Virus record (IMG/VR): IMGVR_UViG_3300029288_000063
Span: 32,001-96,000 of that record
Source of the DNA: a virus
Lineage: Duplodnaviria > Caudoviricetes
Direction: 5' to 3' (one strand)
DNA length: 64,000 bases
Positions 18,970 through 28,244 of the stretch are shown in pieces. The notes below the pieces were generated by a model, which was given only the letters and a program-made list of their open reading frames with translations, was not told the DNA's origin and did no database searches. How positions within the stretch are numbered: the stretch's first letter is position 1; each line of letters begins with the position of its first letter. The position numbers were made by a program, and so were the translations under genes.

Positions 18970-19602
18970 ATGGAAGACATCGTTGCGGTGATAAGTGCCC
19001 GGCGCAAAGAGCTGGAGCGAAAGAAAAATGAGAACAACCTGATTCAGCGTCAGGTTGACGACAGGCATGTGAAAATGAAGGCGTCCGCCGCAGACCTCCT
19101 CTTGGGTCAGGAAGCCCTACAATTCCTTGAGGACGTCGCAAACAGTCGCAGGGGTGCAATGCGCGGGCGTATTGAGCAAATCGTATCAGAAGCCCTGAGG
19201 TTGGTTTACAGCCCGAATTTTGGCGTTGAACTGACCTATGACGTCAAGAACAATCGAAGCTTCATGGATGTCCGTGTTGTTATCCAAACCGATATTGGTG
19301 AGGTGAAGCGTACTATGGAGGGGTTCGGTGGTGGGGTGTCTGACACTATTTCCATTCCGCTGCGGTTGCTCGTTTTGCTTGGAAGCCGGAAAACGGACTT
19401 GATTTGTGTGTTGGATGAGGCGTATAAACATGCAGGTCTTGACCAGATTGAAAACATTGCCCAGTTTCTTTCTGAAGTCTCTCGTATGCTTGGGGTTCAA
19501 ATAGTCCTTTGCAGTCATCATGAAGCTATGTATGGGTACGCGGACAAGACGTTTGATGTGAAGTTTGATGGTTCGAAATCTGTTGTTTCTCCAATGGAGT
19601 AG
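18970..19602 (+). CDS. Stand-alone C-terminal half of an SbcC/Rad50-like ABC ATPase
   Basis: Short coiled coil, signature-like FGGG, Walker B VLDE, H-loop SHH; no Walker A. Confidence 0.75.
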   Translation: MEDIVAVISARRKELERKKNENNLIQRQVDDRHVKMKASAADLLLGQEALQFLEDVANSRRGAMRGRIEQIVSEALRLVYSPNFGVELTYDVKNNRSFMDVRVVIQTDIGEVKRTMEGFGGGVSDTISIPLRLLVLLGSRKTDLICVLDEAYKHAGLDQIENIAQFLSEVSRMLGVQIVLCSHHEAMYGYADKTFDVKFDGSKSVVSPME

Positions 19603-19626
19603 TCAGTTTTTTCGTTTTCCCCCGAT
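19603..19626 (+). promoter_or_regulatory. sigma28-like promoter TCAG-N15-CCGAT
   Basis: Recurring motif, exact spacer. Confidence 0.6.
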
Positions 19627-19647
19627 GTTGTGTTAGGAGGAAAACCC

Positions 19648-19800
19648 ATGACGACCTGTGTTCAAACGAAAAAAAAGGCAAAAAAGGCTCCGACAATAAG
19701 TCTGCACGTGAAATCCGTTCGTCGCGTCCGTCCGACCTTCTCCATTCCGAACAAATGGGGTTCTATGACCTCCTTGATTCATTGGGGCGAGAAGGAATGA
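19648..19800 (+). CDS. Small basic hypothetical protein (50 aa; below the ORF-track cutoff)
   Basis: AGGAGG RBS; MTTCVQTKKKAKK...; directly after the promoter motif. Confidence 0.5.
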   Translation: MTTCVQTKKKAKKAPTISLHVKSVRRVRPTFSIPNKWGSMTSLIHWGEKE

Positions 19801-19920
19801 TAAATCAGGGATGCAAGGATGTCGTCTGACGTTGTTGTGTGTCTGGATGTGTCACGCGTGGAATGGATGTTTTTCGACGAGTTGTCTGTTTGATTGTGAG
19901 CGTGTTGTATTGGAGAAAAA

Positions 19921-20193
19921 ATGAATCGTGACTTTTCCGACCTTGACCCAAGGTTCACGCCGTTTTTTGAATCGGGAGAACGTGTCGAGGTAACGTGGAA
20001 GCCGGGGTTTGAGGATTACACCGGGTACGGGCTTCGTACCGACGGGAGAAAGTCTCGGTTTTGGGTTGGTCGGTCGACCGGACGGAAGCCGGTGTACCTG
20101 ATGGTTCTGACCAAGAGGAGCCTTGGTGGCGGGGCGATTTGTTCGAGTGCCGTCGAGTCTGTTTGTGGTACTGGCGTTTTCAGGAGGGTATGA
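19921..20193 (+). CDS. Hypothetical protein
   Basis: GGAG RBS. Confidence 0.7.
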   Translation: MNRDFSDLDPRFTPFFESGERVEVTWKPGFEDYTGYGLRTDGRKSRFWVGRSTGRKPVYLMVLTKRSLGGGAICSSAVESVCGTGVFRRV

Positions 20194-20357
20194 ATATGGA
20201 TTTGGACGAATTTGTCGCCGAGCAAAAACGGCGCATTGAAGAGTTCGAAAAGTTTTGGCGTGAAAACAACAAAAGAGACCCCAAAGCGTTTCCTATTAAA
20301 CTCAGTAAGGAGAATACGGGGTTGTGGTACGAACAGTTTCAGTTGTTTGACGAATAG
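20190..20357 (+). CDS. Hypothetical protein
   Basis: AGGAGG RBS, ATGA overlap. Confidence 0.6.
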   Translation: MNMDLDEFVAEQKRRIEEFEKFWRENNKRDPKAFPIKLSKENTGLWYEQFQLFDE

Positions 20358-20365
20358 GGGGAATC

Positions 20366-20551
20366 TTGAAAAGGTTGCCGTGTACTGTGAAGCAGATGTG
20401 TAAGATGCTTCGTTCCGGTATGTCGCCGGATGACGTCGTTGCGTGTTTCGACCATGAGGACGCGGATGTTGTTAGCGACATTTTTTCCAAAGCGCACAAA
20501 ATGGCATCGCACAAAGAAAGACGGGATAAAACCCAGCGAGAAGACGTATAG
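20366..20551 (+). CDS. Hypothetical protein
   Basis: Short packed ORF. Confidence 0.45.
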   Translation: MKRLPCTVKQMCKMLRSGMSPDDVVACFDHEDADVVSDIFSKAHKMASHKERRDKTQREDV

Positions 20552-20588
20552 TTCTTTACTTCTGTATTTGTTTTCAAAAGGAATTGCT

Positions 20589-23189
20589 ATGTCTAAAAGC
20601 AAAGAGGTGAATCAGCGAGACCTGTCTTATAGTGGTTGTTACGGGTCTGTCGTGTCGTATGCCGAGGTTGGTGAGTTTCTGCAAACCAGTTTCCATATGA
20701 ACCGGCTCGCCGAAGAGCACGGTGACTCGCGTTATGCCGCCTGTATTTGGGGACACCCCGGTATTGGGAAATGTGTGTCTGGAGACACACTGGTTAAAAC
20801 ACAACATGGGGTTGTTGAGATTGCATCGTTATTCGATGGCATAGAGAAAGAGGGGTTCTACCCTGTCTCTGATTTGTTTTTGGCAACGAGGAAAGGGGCG
20901 GAACCTGTAAAGTCACTGTATTTTTCCGGCCGGAAAAAAGCTATCCGTATTAAAACAGACTTCGGTCGAGAACTTGTCGGGAGTGAAATTCACCCAGTTC
21001 TCTGTGCTTCTGATAATTTCCGTTGGAAGACCTTGAGTGAAATCTGTATTGGTGATTTTGTTGTAGTTCGTGGATTTCCTCTTGATTCACAGAACTGTTC
21101 TCTTCCTGCGTTTCCGTCTCCTCGTCCGAGACAGAAATCTGATTTTTCAATTCCGAAGAAAATGAATCCGGACCTCGCGTTCATCCTTGGGTGTCTTGTT
21201 GGTGAAGGGAGTGTCTCTGGAGACATCATCGCCTTTACTCAAGCCAAAGATAAGTTGTTGGCCTCTGCTTTTGTTAAGAAGTTCAAGAGTTTGTTTGGTG
21301 TTGGTGTTTCCGAGGAACATGATAGGCGTACAGAAAACACCTACAACTTTCGTTGTTTTCGCTCCTTGCTTCGTCATTGGCTTGAATTGATTGGATTGGG
21401 TCGTGTTTGTTCGTCGAACAAAGAAATACCTTGGAGTGTTCTGTGTTCCTCCGCTACATCGCAAAAGTCGTTTCTAAAGGCACTTTACGAAGGGGAAGGG
21501 ACGAACGAGGTGTGTGGTATTTCGTTGTCGTCTGCCTCGAAGCGTTTGCTTGAACAAGTCTCGACCATCCTTCTTGGGTTCGGAATTCAAGCTTCGTTAT
21601 CGTTTCGGGTGGTTGATGGAACTACCTATTGGAATCTTCTTTGCAGTGGGGAAAATGGACGCCTGTTGAATGAATTGATTGGATTTAGCAGGGCTTCCGG
21701 TAAGTGGACGAAGGTAGTTGGTTCGAATCCCAATAAGGGAGGGGTTCCGGCAAAGATAGCTTGTGAAATGTTGTTGTCCATGAAGGATAGTCATTTGAAT
21801 AATGGCGGGAAATTGTCGAAGAAGATGATTCACTCGTCTCCTCTCAACAAGATTTACAACCAGAAACATCTGCCGCAGATTCTTTCTGTCACGCTGGTCG
21901 AAAAGATTATGAAAATCTTCAATAAAGCAAGTAACGAGACACGCTCTGTTGTTGAAGATTTGCTTCGGTCAAAGTACGAGCGTGTTGTGTCTGTTGAAGT
22001 TGTTGATGATTTGCCTCTTTACGATGTGACAATGGACACAGAAGAGCATGAGTTTTTGTCGAACGGATTCGTTTCCCACAATACCGCAATCGTGAAACAG
22101 CTCGCCAAATGTCCGGTCGAATGGAATGGGAAAATGTATCCCGGATATCACGTGTCCGACGTTCCCGTTGCACAGTTCGAGGAAATGGGCGACCTGCACG
22201 GTATCCCGATGGACTGTGTGCTGATGCGCCAGCCGTCGAAGAAGGATGCCGGTGAGTTCATCACCCAGTGGGTTGCGCAGAAAGACCAGATTATCCACAC
22301 CTACCTTGCCAATGGCTGGGAGATTGATACATCGGTGCAGCCGACCACAAGGTATGCCCCGCCGGATTGGGTTCCGACCACACCCGGACCATCCATCGTT
22401 CTGTTTGACGATTGGAATCGTCCGTCTCTTCGTGTTATCAAGGGTATGATGCAGCTCCTGCAAAACTTCGGCATGGTGTCGTGGAAGCTGCCTCTCGGCT
22501 GCAATATCGTTCTGACAGGTAACCCCGATGAACAGGACTATCTCGTCACATCAATCGACACGGCGATTGTGACCCGTATTCGCCATATTACCCTGAAGGA
22601 AGACATGGCGGAGTGGGCTGTGTGGGCTGAGGCGTCCGGACTGGATGCCCGTGGGATTTCCTATGCCCTGCGTTATCCGGAAATGATTACCGGTATCGGT
22701 CGTGAGCGCACCAACCCGCGTACATTTTCGGAGTTTTGCCGGTTCATGCGGCATATTGGCACCGAAGACAAGGAACGCCTGATTCGGCATGGCATGTCGT
22801 TGTTGGACGAACAAACCGTGTCGAACATCATCGTGTTCTTCGAACGTGAGCTTGAACTTGTTATCGAGCCGGATGAAATTCTTGCAGGTGACGATTCCGC
22901 GTTCAAGGCGATTGAGAACCTGATGTCGCGCAAGGAACCCCGTGTGGATATTCTTGGGGTTATCTGTGAACGCCTGTTTGCCCGTATTGTCCAGCCGGGA
23001 TTTACCATCGAGAAGCCGAAGGTGGCGAACTTCCACAGGTTCCTCGAAATGGATTGTGTTCCCGAGGACGTGCGTTATGGGTTGTGTCACCGCATCACCA
23101 AGCGTGGCAGTCCAGAGTTGAACAGGTGGCTTGTTGGCTCGAAAAAGCTCCAGAAAATTATCGCCTCCACGCTTCGCCTTCCTGCTTGA
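20589..23189 (+). CDS. MoxR-like AAA+ ATPase with a LAGLIDADG intein in Walker A
   Basis: WGHPGIGK|intein|TAIV reconstitutes GxxGxGKT; Walker B LFDDWNR; TGNP; NPRT. Confidence 0.88.
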   Translation: MSKSKEVNQRDLSYSGCYGSVVSYAEVGEFLQTSFHMNRLAEEHGDSRYAACIWGHPGIGKCVSGDTLVKTQHGVVEIASLFDGIEKEGFYPVSDLFLATRKGAEPVKSLYFSGRKKAIRIKTDFGRELVGSEIHPVLCASDNFRWKTLSEICIGDFVVVRGFPLDSQNCSLPAFPSPRPRQKSDFSIPKKMNPDLAFILGCLVGEGSVSGDIIAFTQAKDKLLASAFVKKFKSLFGVGVSEEHDRRTENTYNFRCFRSLLRHWLELIGLGRVCSSNKEIPWSVLCSSATSQKSFLKALYEGEGTNEVCGISLSSASKRLLEQVSTILLGFGIQASLSFRVVDGTTYWNLLCSGENGRLLNELIGFSRASGKWTKVVGSNPNKGGVPAKIACEMLLSMKDSHLNNGGKLSKKMIHSSPLNKIYNQKHLPQILSVTLVEKIMKIFNKASNETRSVVEDLLRSKYERVVSVEVVDDLPLYDVTMDTEEHEFLSNGFVSHNTAIVKQLAKCPVEWNGKMYPGYHVSDVPVAQFEEMGDLHGIPMDCVLMRQPSKKDAGEFITQWVAQKDQIIHTYLANGWEIDTSVQPTTRYAPPDWVPTTPGPSIVLFDDWNRPSLRVIKGMMQLLQNFGMVSWKLPLGCNIVLTGNPDEQDYLVTSIDTAIVTRIRHITLKEDMAEWAVWAEASGLDARGISYALRYPEMITGIGRERTNPRTFSEFCRFMRHIGTEDKERLIRHGMSLLDEQTVSNIIVFFERELELVIEPDEILAGDDSAFKAIENLMSRKEPRVDILGVICERLFARIVQPGFTIEKPKVANFHRFLEMDCVPEDVRYGLCHRITKRGSPELNRWLVGSKKLQKIIASTLRLPA
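20772..22082 (+). mobile_element. Cis-splicing intein with LAGLIDADG homing endonuclease (437 aa)
   Basis: CVSGDT...IHPV...LGCLVGEGS...LKALYEGEG...LYDV...VSHN|T. Confidence 0.92.
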
Positions 23190-23197
23190 TTTTTTTG

Positions 23198-23221
23198 CCA
23201 GTTTTTCTGTTGTCTCCCGAT
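23198..23221 (+). promoter_or_regulatory. sigma28-like promoter CCAG-N15-CCGAT
   Basis: Recurring motif, exact spacer. Confidence 0.6.
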
Positions 23222-23270
23222 GGTCTTGTATACGGCGATGGTGTCGTACACAAGACTGTTGGAGGCAATT

Positions 23271-23693
23271 ATGGATATCAGCTTTCACGGAGTTGAAGAC
23301 GTTTGCTTGCGTCTTTGTTCGTACGGGTCGTCACATTTTGTCGAGATGTCTATTGTGTGTGGCGATAGTACTCCGTACCCCGGTGGACATTTTGTTCTGT
23401 TCTGTGGAGCTGAAGCACCTGTTGTAGAAAAGACGGCGAACTTCCGTCTTAATTCCCTTCCCCTGCTTATTCGTGCGCACGGACTATCTCGTCTTGTCGT
23501 ATCCACTGTTGATTTTTACGAAAAGACCGAGGAGCGCGGCGCGTTTTTCTTGACGACTATTCGTATTTCCCACAGTGACGGTGATGTCCTTGTTATGTTG
23601 TTTTCCGATTCGAAGATTGGCTTCGAAGAGGGCGACGTATTGGCTTTTGTGGAGCAAAAAAATGAGTGCGACATTCATTCCGAAGAAAAATGA
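23271..23693 (+). CDS. Hypothetical protein
   Basis: GGAGG RBS. Confidence 0.6.
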   Translation: MDISFHGVEDVCLRLCSYGSSHFVEMSIVCGDSTPYPGGHFVLFCGAEAPVVEKTANFRLNSLPLLIRAHGLSRLVVSTVDFYEKTEERGAFFLTTIRISHSDGDVLVMLFSDSKIGFEEGDVLAFVEQKNECDIHSEEK

Positions 23694-24225
23694 CCGCGTT
23701 GAGTGGAGCGATGAAGATGGAAGCGTAAAAACCGGAACTGTGTCGGTTGTTCGTGCTGTTCCCGGGCGTCTTGATATCGTGAAGGTGTTTGTTATTGTTG
23801 ACGGTGGCAAGTTCAAGGTGTCGGGTTCTTCGATGCTGTTTCGTCCGTCGTCGGTTGCCCTTCCCGTTGACCAGCCATCTGCGATGGATAAGTGGGGTGT
23901 TAAGAGCTATCGGTGTATCGGTGTCGACGACACCCCTATTTTCACCTGCAAAATCACCTTGAACGGCAAAAATGTCGGAAGTGCGAAAAACGGCGGATAC
24001 GGTGGACCGAATGAGCATTGGTTTGACACCGTTCAAATCCGCGACTCCTTTTTTTCCGACCTCAAGTTGTGGTGGGAACAGTTCGGTGGGCGGAGCGTGT
24101 ATTCCGTCGACGACCTCTGGCTCGACTGGTTTGTCAATCACAAGAAGTTTGGTCAGACGGCGCAGGAGTACATTTCCGAGTTCAACAACTCGATGGCGCA
24201 GTTCGACAAGGAGAACGCAAAATGA
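23662..24225 (+). CDS. Hypothetical protein
   Basis: GGAG RBS; NGGYGGPN motif. Confidence 0.7.
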   Translation: MSATFIPKKNDRVEWSDEDGSVKTGTVSVVRAVPGRLDIVKVFVIVDGGKFKVSGSSMLFRPSSVALPVDQPSAMDKWGVKSYRCIGVDDTPIFTCKITLNGKNVGSAKNGGYGGPNEHWFDTVQIRDSFFSDLKLWWEQFGGRSVYSVDDLWLDWFVNHKKFGQTAQEYISEFNNSMAQFDKENAK

Positions 24226-24638
24226 GTACACGTTCGCTTATCGGTGTTCAGGACGACAAAGGCACGGTGACCTACATCTATTGCCACTTCGATGGATATC
24301 CGAGCTGTGTCGGGCATATTCTGCTCAACCACTACCAAGACCCTGTCAAGGTGGAGCAACTGATGGAACTTGGTGACCTGTCGATTCTCGGTGATGATAT
24401 CGGTGAAAAACACAACTTCGATGAATCCCACGATGTTCACCCGACATGGTGTAAGGCGTATGGTCGCGACCGTGGAGAAAAGGATGTCGACGCGAAAAAT
24501 GCCGGAAATAAATCAACTTTTCGCGACAAAGACCAGTGGGCGGAATTCTGGTACCTCTTTATGGATGGCGTGTGGCACTACAGCTATCAAGGTCTGACGT
24601 CGTTTGTTCCATTAACCCCCCAAGACTGTAAGTGTTAG
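24222..24638 (+). CDS. Hypothetical protein with MSTR...YCHFDGYP motif (paralogue of 10689)
   Basis: MSTRSLIG...IYCHFDGYP...EFWYLF. Confidence 0.78.
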   Translation: MSTRSLIGVQDDKGTVTYIYCHFDGYPSCVGHILLNHYQDPVKVEQLMELGDLSILGDDIGEKHNFDESHDVHPTWCKAYGRDRGEKDVDAKNAGNKSTFRDKDQWAEFWYLFMDGVWHYSYQGLTSFVPLTPQDCKC

Positions 24639-24665
24639 CGTTTGTGAAAGTCCATGTGTTTCCGC

Positions 24666-24700
24666 AAAACGACCCTCCCAATGACAAAGAGGGTCGTTTT
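24666..24700 (+). terminator. Probable (bidirectional) terminator hairpin
   Basis: AAAACGACCCTC...GAGGGTCGTTTT. Confidence 0.7.
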
Positions 24701-24848
24701 GTGTTCTTGTATTTTTTGTGGATAATTTGTTGAGTTTTCTTTATAAAGTGTTGAAAAAAGTTTGTGAAAAGGTTGTTGCTGGGTTATGTTGCTATTGAAG
24801 GCGGGAAGGAGGGCATGGCCAAATATGGCTTTGAAGTAGGAGAACGCC

Positions 24849-25214
24849 ATGTGCACCTCATCCGTAAAGACGTCCATTCTCCATCGTTTGTTTGATGGGA
24901 AGGTAGACGTTAAAATCGCATGTTCGAGATGGCGTGGCTGCCTGAATGTGCTCTATGGTTTTTTCACAGATGGACATTCGGGTTCGCGCATAAAAATAGA
25001 CGATGTTCGATTAGAGTCGAAAAGCATCCTGAATGAAATTAAGACAGAACGGAAACAATACGACCATGTTCGTGCGTGTGTGATGCGCGACATTGAGAAG
25101 CGGGTTGAAACAATGTTCCTTCATAAATTGGAAGCAAAAAGGAATGAAGACTCTCGTGCAGGTTCGATTATCAGGGCGTCGTTTTCTTCCAAGCGTCCGG
25201 TCAAAAAGAACTAG
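24849..25214 (+). CDS. Hypothetical protein
   Basis: AGGAG RBS. Confidence 0.55.
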   Translation: MCTSSVKTSILHRLFDGKVDVKIACSRWRGCLNVLYGFFTDGHSGSRIKIDDVRLESKSILNEIKTERKQYDHVRACVMRDIEKRVETMFLHKLEAKRNEDSRAGSIIRASFSSKRPVKKN

Positions 25215-25239
25215 ATGTACGGAGTTTGAGATTGTATCG

Positions 25240-25270
25240 AAGGCAGCCTGAATGGCTGCCTTTTGTTTTT
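25240..25270 (+). terminator. Intrinsic terminator
   Basis: AAGGCAGCC-TGAAT-GGCTGCCTT plus T-run. Confidence 0.7.
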
Positions 25271-25306
25271 CCAGTTCCGTTCCGAATCGTGTATAATGAA
25301 TCATGA

Positions 25307-25558
25307 ATGGAGAACGGAATGGATAGGTTTGAATGTGTTCACTGTGGCAACAAAACGAACTTTCATTGTTCGTCCATCGAACGTCATGATTGGCTTGTTG
25401 ATTGCTTTGGTGAATTTGTTTCTGACCTTGGTTGTTACGATTCGAGTCGTTCGTCCGATATAATGTGTGCCGAGTGTGGCAAAAAGGCTGAAAAGGTTAA
25501 AGTGGCTGATGAAGGCAAAGGAGTGTATCATGGGTATGTCGAGGTCAGAAGTTCGTAA
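25307..25558 (+). CDS. Small Zn-finger protein
   Basis: CVHC...CAEC. Confidence 0.5.
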   Translation: MENGMDRFECVHCGNKTNFHCSSIERHDWLVDCFGEFVSDLGCYDSSRSSDIMCAECGKKAEKVKVADEGKGVYHGYVEVRSS

Positions 25559-25856
25559 GGCTTTGGCGTCCGCTGTTCAGGCGTCGTCTCCAAAAGCACT
25601 AGATGGGGACTTTGTTCACATCTGGTATCGCTCGTTTCGTAAACCTTCGCCGAGGTCCGTTTCCGAAGCCTGTCGAGCCGAAGAAATGGGACTGCCGAAG
25701 GATCACTACACGGGTCGCCTGATTCGTGTTTGGGAAGACGGGAAGGGCGATCTTCTCATTCGTATGTTTGTCGAGTTGGAGCGTCCGGGCGCAATTTTCT
25801 TTATAGTTGGCGAGCCTATAGGAAGAAGCAGGAACACTTCTTCTTGGTTTGCTTAG
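25530..25856 (+). CDS. Hypothetical protein
   Basis: AAGGAG RBS. Confidence 0.55.
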   Translation: MGMSRSEVRKALASAVQASSPKALDGDFVHIWYRSFRKPSPRSVSEACRAEEMGLPKDHYTGRLIRVWEDGKGDLLIRMFVELERPGAIFFIVGEPIGRSRNTSSWFA

Positions 25857-25868
25857 GGAGTCCCTTGG

Positions 25869-27011
25869 ATGAATAGTGTTTATTTTGACAACTCCGCCAC
25901 AACGTCGCTTTCCCCGACTGTGTTTGCCGAAATGTCTCCGTTCTTCTTGGAAGAATACGGCAATCCAAACTCTGCCCACTTTATGGGTTCACAGGCGGCC
26001 GAGGCTGTTTATGAGTCCCGTTCCATGATTGCGCAGTGGTTGCACGGACGTGAATACGGTGTATTTTACACATCGGGTGGCACCGAGTCTGACAACTGGG
26101 CCATTCGGAGTGCGGTACGGCAGAGCGGAAAAAATCGTGTCATCGCCTCAGCCGTTGAACACAAAGCTGTTCTTGCGACCCTTCACGACATGGAGCAAAA
26201 TCTTGGCGTTGAGTTTGTCTTGTTGCCAGTGGATTCGTGTGGACGGGTAGACCCGGATTCACTCCGGCGTGCCATCAATAACGACACGGCGTTGGTGTCC
26301 GTTATGATGGCGAATAACGAAACCGGGACGATTCAGTTTCACGAGGAACTGTACGATATCTGCCGAGACCACGGTATTCTGTTCCATTGTGACGCTGTTC
26401 AGGCTATGGGCAAGATTCCTGTGTCGTCCAGTGTGGCTGACATGATTTCCCTGTCGGGTCACAAGTTCCACGGTCCGAAGGGTGTTGGCGTGCTATATGT
26501 TGGCGAGAATGTCTCCCTTGAGCCGTTTATCTGTGGCGGTTCGCAAGAAGGCGGTTTACGCGGCGGCACGACCCCTGTGCCCCTTGTAGTGGGCATGGGT
26601 TATGCACTGCGCACAGCGGCGTCTACAGTTGCGTCATTCGCCGAAGACGTGGGTGCCCTCGGGAAACGTTTAGAGTCCGGTATTCTGGATTCTATTCCAA
26701 ACGTGTCGATAAATGGATACCCGGCGCGTCGTATTCCGGGTTTGGTCAACGTGTGTTTCCGTGGTATCGAATCCAATTCCTTGGTGGCGGCACTATCACG
26801 CCGGTACGGGATTTGTTGTTCCTCCGGCTCCGCGTGTTCGGAAAAAAACACCAAGCCTTCTTATGTTTTGCGTGCTTGTGGTCTGTCGGTTGCAGATGCT
26901 CATGCGTCGGTTCGGTTTTCCCTTGGGAACCTGAATACCGTACAGGAGGTTGATTATGTTTTGAGTGTCCTTCCCCCGTTGGTTGCCGAACTTCGTAAAA
27001 CGGGATTTTGA
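25869..27011 (+). CDS. iscS: Cysteine desulfurase (IscS/NifS group I)
   Basis: YFDNSATT, YGNPNS, TSGGTESDN, HCDAVQ, SGHK (PLP Lys), SSGSACS (catalytic Cys). Confidence 0.95.
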   Translation: MNSVYFDNSATTSLSPTVFAEMSPFFLEEYGNPNSAHFMGSQAAEAVYESRSMIAQWLHGREYGVFYTSGGTESDNWAIRSAVRQSGKNRVIASAVEHKAVLATLHDMEQNLGVEFVLLPVDSCGRVDPDSLRRAINNDTALVSVMMANNETGTIQFHEELYDICRDHGILFHCDAVQAMGKIPVSSSVADMISLSGHKFHGPKGVGVLYVGENVSLEPFICGGSQEGGLRGGTTPVPLVVGMGYALRTAASTVASFAEDVGALGKRLESGILDSIPNVSINGYPARRIPGLVNVCFRGIESNSLVAALSRRYGICCSSGSACSEKNTKPSYVLRACGLSVADAHASVRFSLGNLNTVQEVDYVLSVLPPLVAELRKTGF

Positions 27012-27038
27012 TTACCCATAGTGTTTCCCCTCCCCACT

Positions 27039-27074
27039 GGCGGCGTGGTCTTTAAGACACGCCGTCTTTTTTTT
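27039..27074 (+). terminator. Intrinsic terminator
   Basis: GGCGGCGTG...CACGCCGTC plus T-run. Confidence 0.8.
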
Positions 27075-27128
27075 GACTTTCCCTTCAGTTAGCCTCCTTG
27101 ATTTGTCGATGTAACAATCACGGCAATA

Positions 27129-27368
27129 ATGCCGCAAGGAGAAAATCAAATGATTGTTCGCAGGTTGATGGCACGACTCGTGGTTCTTGTCGCTGTTGGT
27201 TTGCTTCGTCTGGCTGTCGCCCTAGGTGGCGTTGGTCGTTACGATATTGAAATTGGTGTGTGTCCGATGGACCCCGAGCCTGTTTGGTGTATTGTGGCTT
27301 CGATTGTTGGGCTGCCAATTTTCTGGTTCGTTATCGTTGTGTTCTTCGCGGCTACCGGTGACATGTGA
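27129..27368 (+). CDS. Small membrane protein
   Basis: Two hydrophobic segments. Confidence 0.55.
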   Translation: MPQGENQMIVRRLMARLVVLVAVGLLRLAVALGGVGRYDIEIGVCPMDPEPVWCIVASIVGLPIFWFVIVVFFAATGDM

Positions 27369-27637
27369 AAAGGGAGGGGCACAAAATGGAATCGTATAAC
27401 TGGATTGACAGTGTGATGCGGCGCTCGTTGCGCGAAAAACTTGCCTCATACGACGAATCGAAAGCGCGGTGGGATGCGCTGGTGAAAAAAGGTGAAAGCT
27501 CTATGTCGAAAAACGGGGAACAAGCTGAGGCGTATTTTTTCGCGGCATTGGATATGGAAGATGAACTGACTTGCAAAATAACTGAACTGTATAGGCTGAG
27601 AGATGCCATTTTACGCAAGGAAAAGGGAATCAAATAA
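27365..27637 (+). CDS. Hypothetical helical protein
   Basis: Packed ORF; GGAGG before an internal ATG. Confidence 0.55.
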   Translation: MKREGHKMESYNWIDSVMRRSLREKLASYDESKARWDALVKKGESSMSKNGEQAEAYFFAALDMEDELTCKITELYRLRDAILRKEKGIK

Positions 27638-27707
27638 GATTCCCTTTTTTTTTATATCTTGTCTTTATGCGACATCATGTTTTTGGTTTTCACCGAAAGG
27701 GAAACTC

Positions 27708-28097
27708 ATGAGCGGCGTAAAGACATCGAGCGATGCGCGGAGTTCCGGCCCGTGGGACAACCTCCCGCGTGGGTGGGACAAGTCCAGCCTCGAAAGCTAC
27801 TGGAAGACCATGACTGGCGAAGTAAAGCACAAAGTCACGAAGTGCATAAAGGACATGGAGGGGAAGATTGATGACCCCGGAGCCTTTTGTGCGTCGTTGG
27901 CTGATAAGGTCGAGGGGAAAGAATGGCGTTCCCGTCGCTCGTTTGTTGCGTCTGATGTAGCCCGAGAAATCGTTTTGATTGCACGTGAACTCTCCGAAGA
28001 ATCCCCAAAAGAAAATAGCCGTGTATCTGCGATTTCCGACCGCGTGGCGAAGAGTCTCGTGTCGGAATTTGAATTAAAAACCCGGAGATGTAGGTAG
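27708..28097 (+). CDS. Hypothetical protein carrying the amphipathic tag (VAREIVLIARELS)
   Basis: AAAGGG RBS; DDPGAFCA motif; tag at 27957-27995. Confidence 0.7.
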   Translation: MSGVKTSSDARSSGPWDNLPRGWDKSSLESYWKTMTGEVKHKVTKCIKDMEGKIDDPGAFCASLADKVEGKEWRSRRSFVASDVAREIVLIARELSEESPKENSRVSAISDRVAKSLVSEFELKTRRCR

Positions 28098-28244
28098 ATT
28101 TGCCCGGAGGCGTAGGTATACGCCTAAAACGGGTCGTTTTGTATTTACCTTTTGTGGTAAGGGTTTATGCGTTTGCTTTGTGGTTCCGCTGTGACGCAAT
28201 AACTATAATAATAGTATGATAGTATCTCTTTATGGGGTTTTAAG

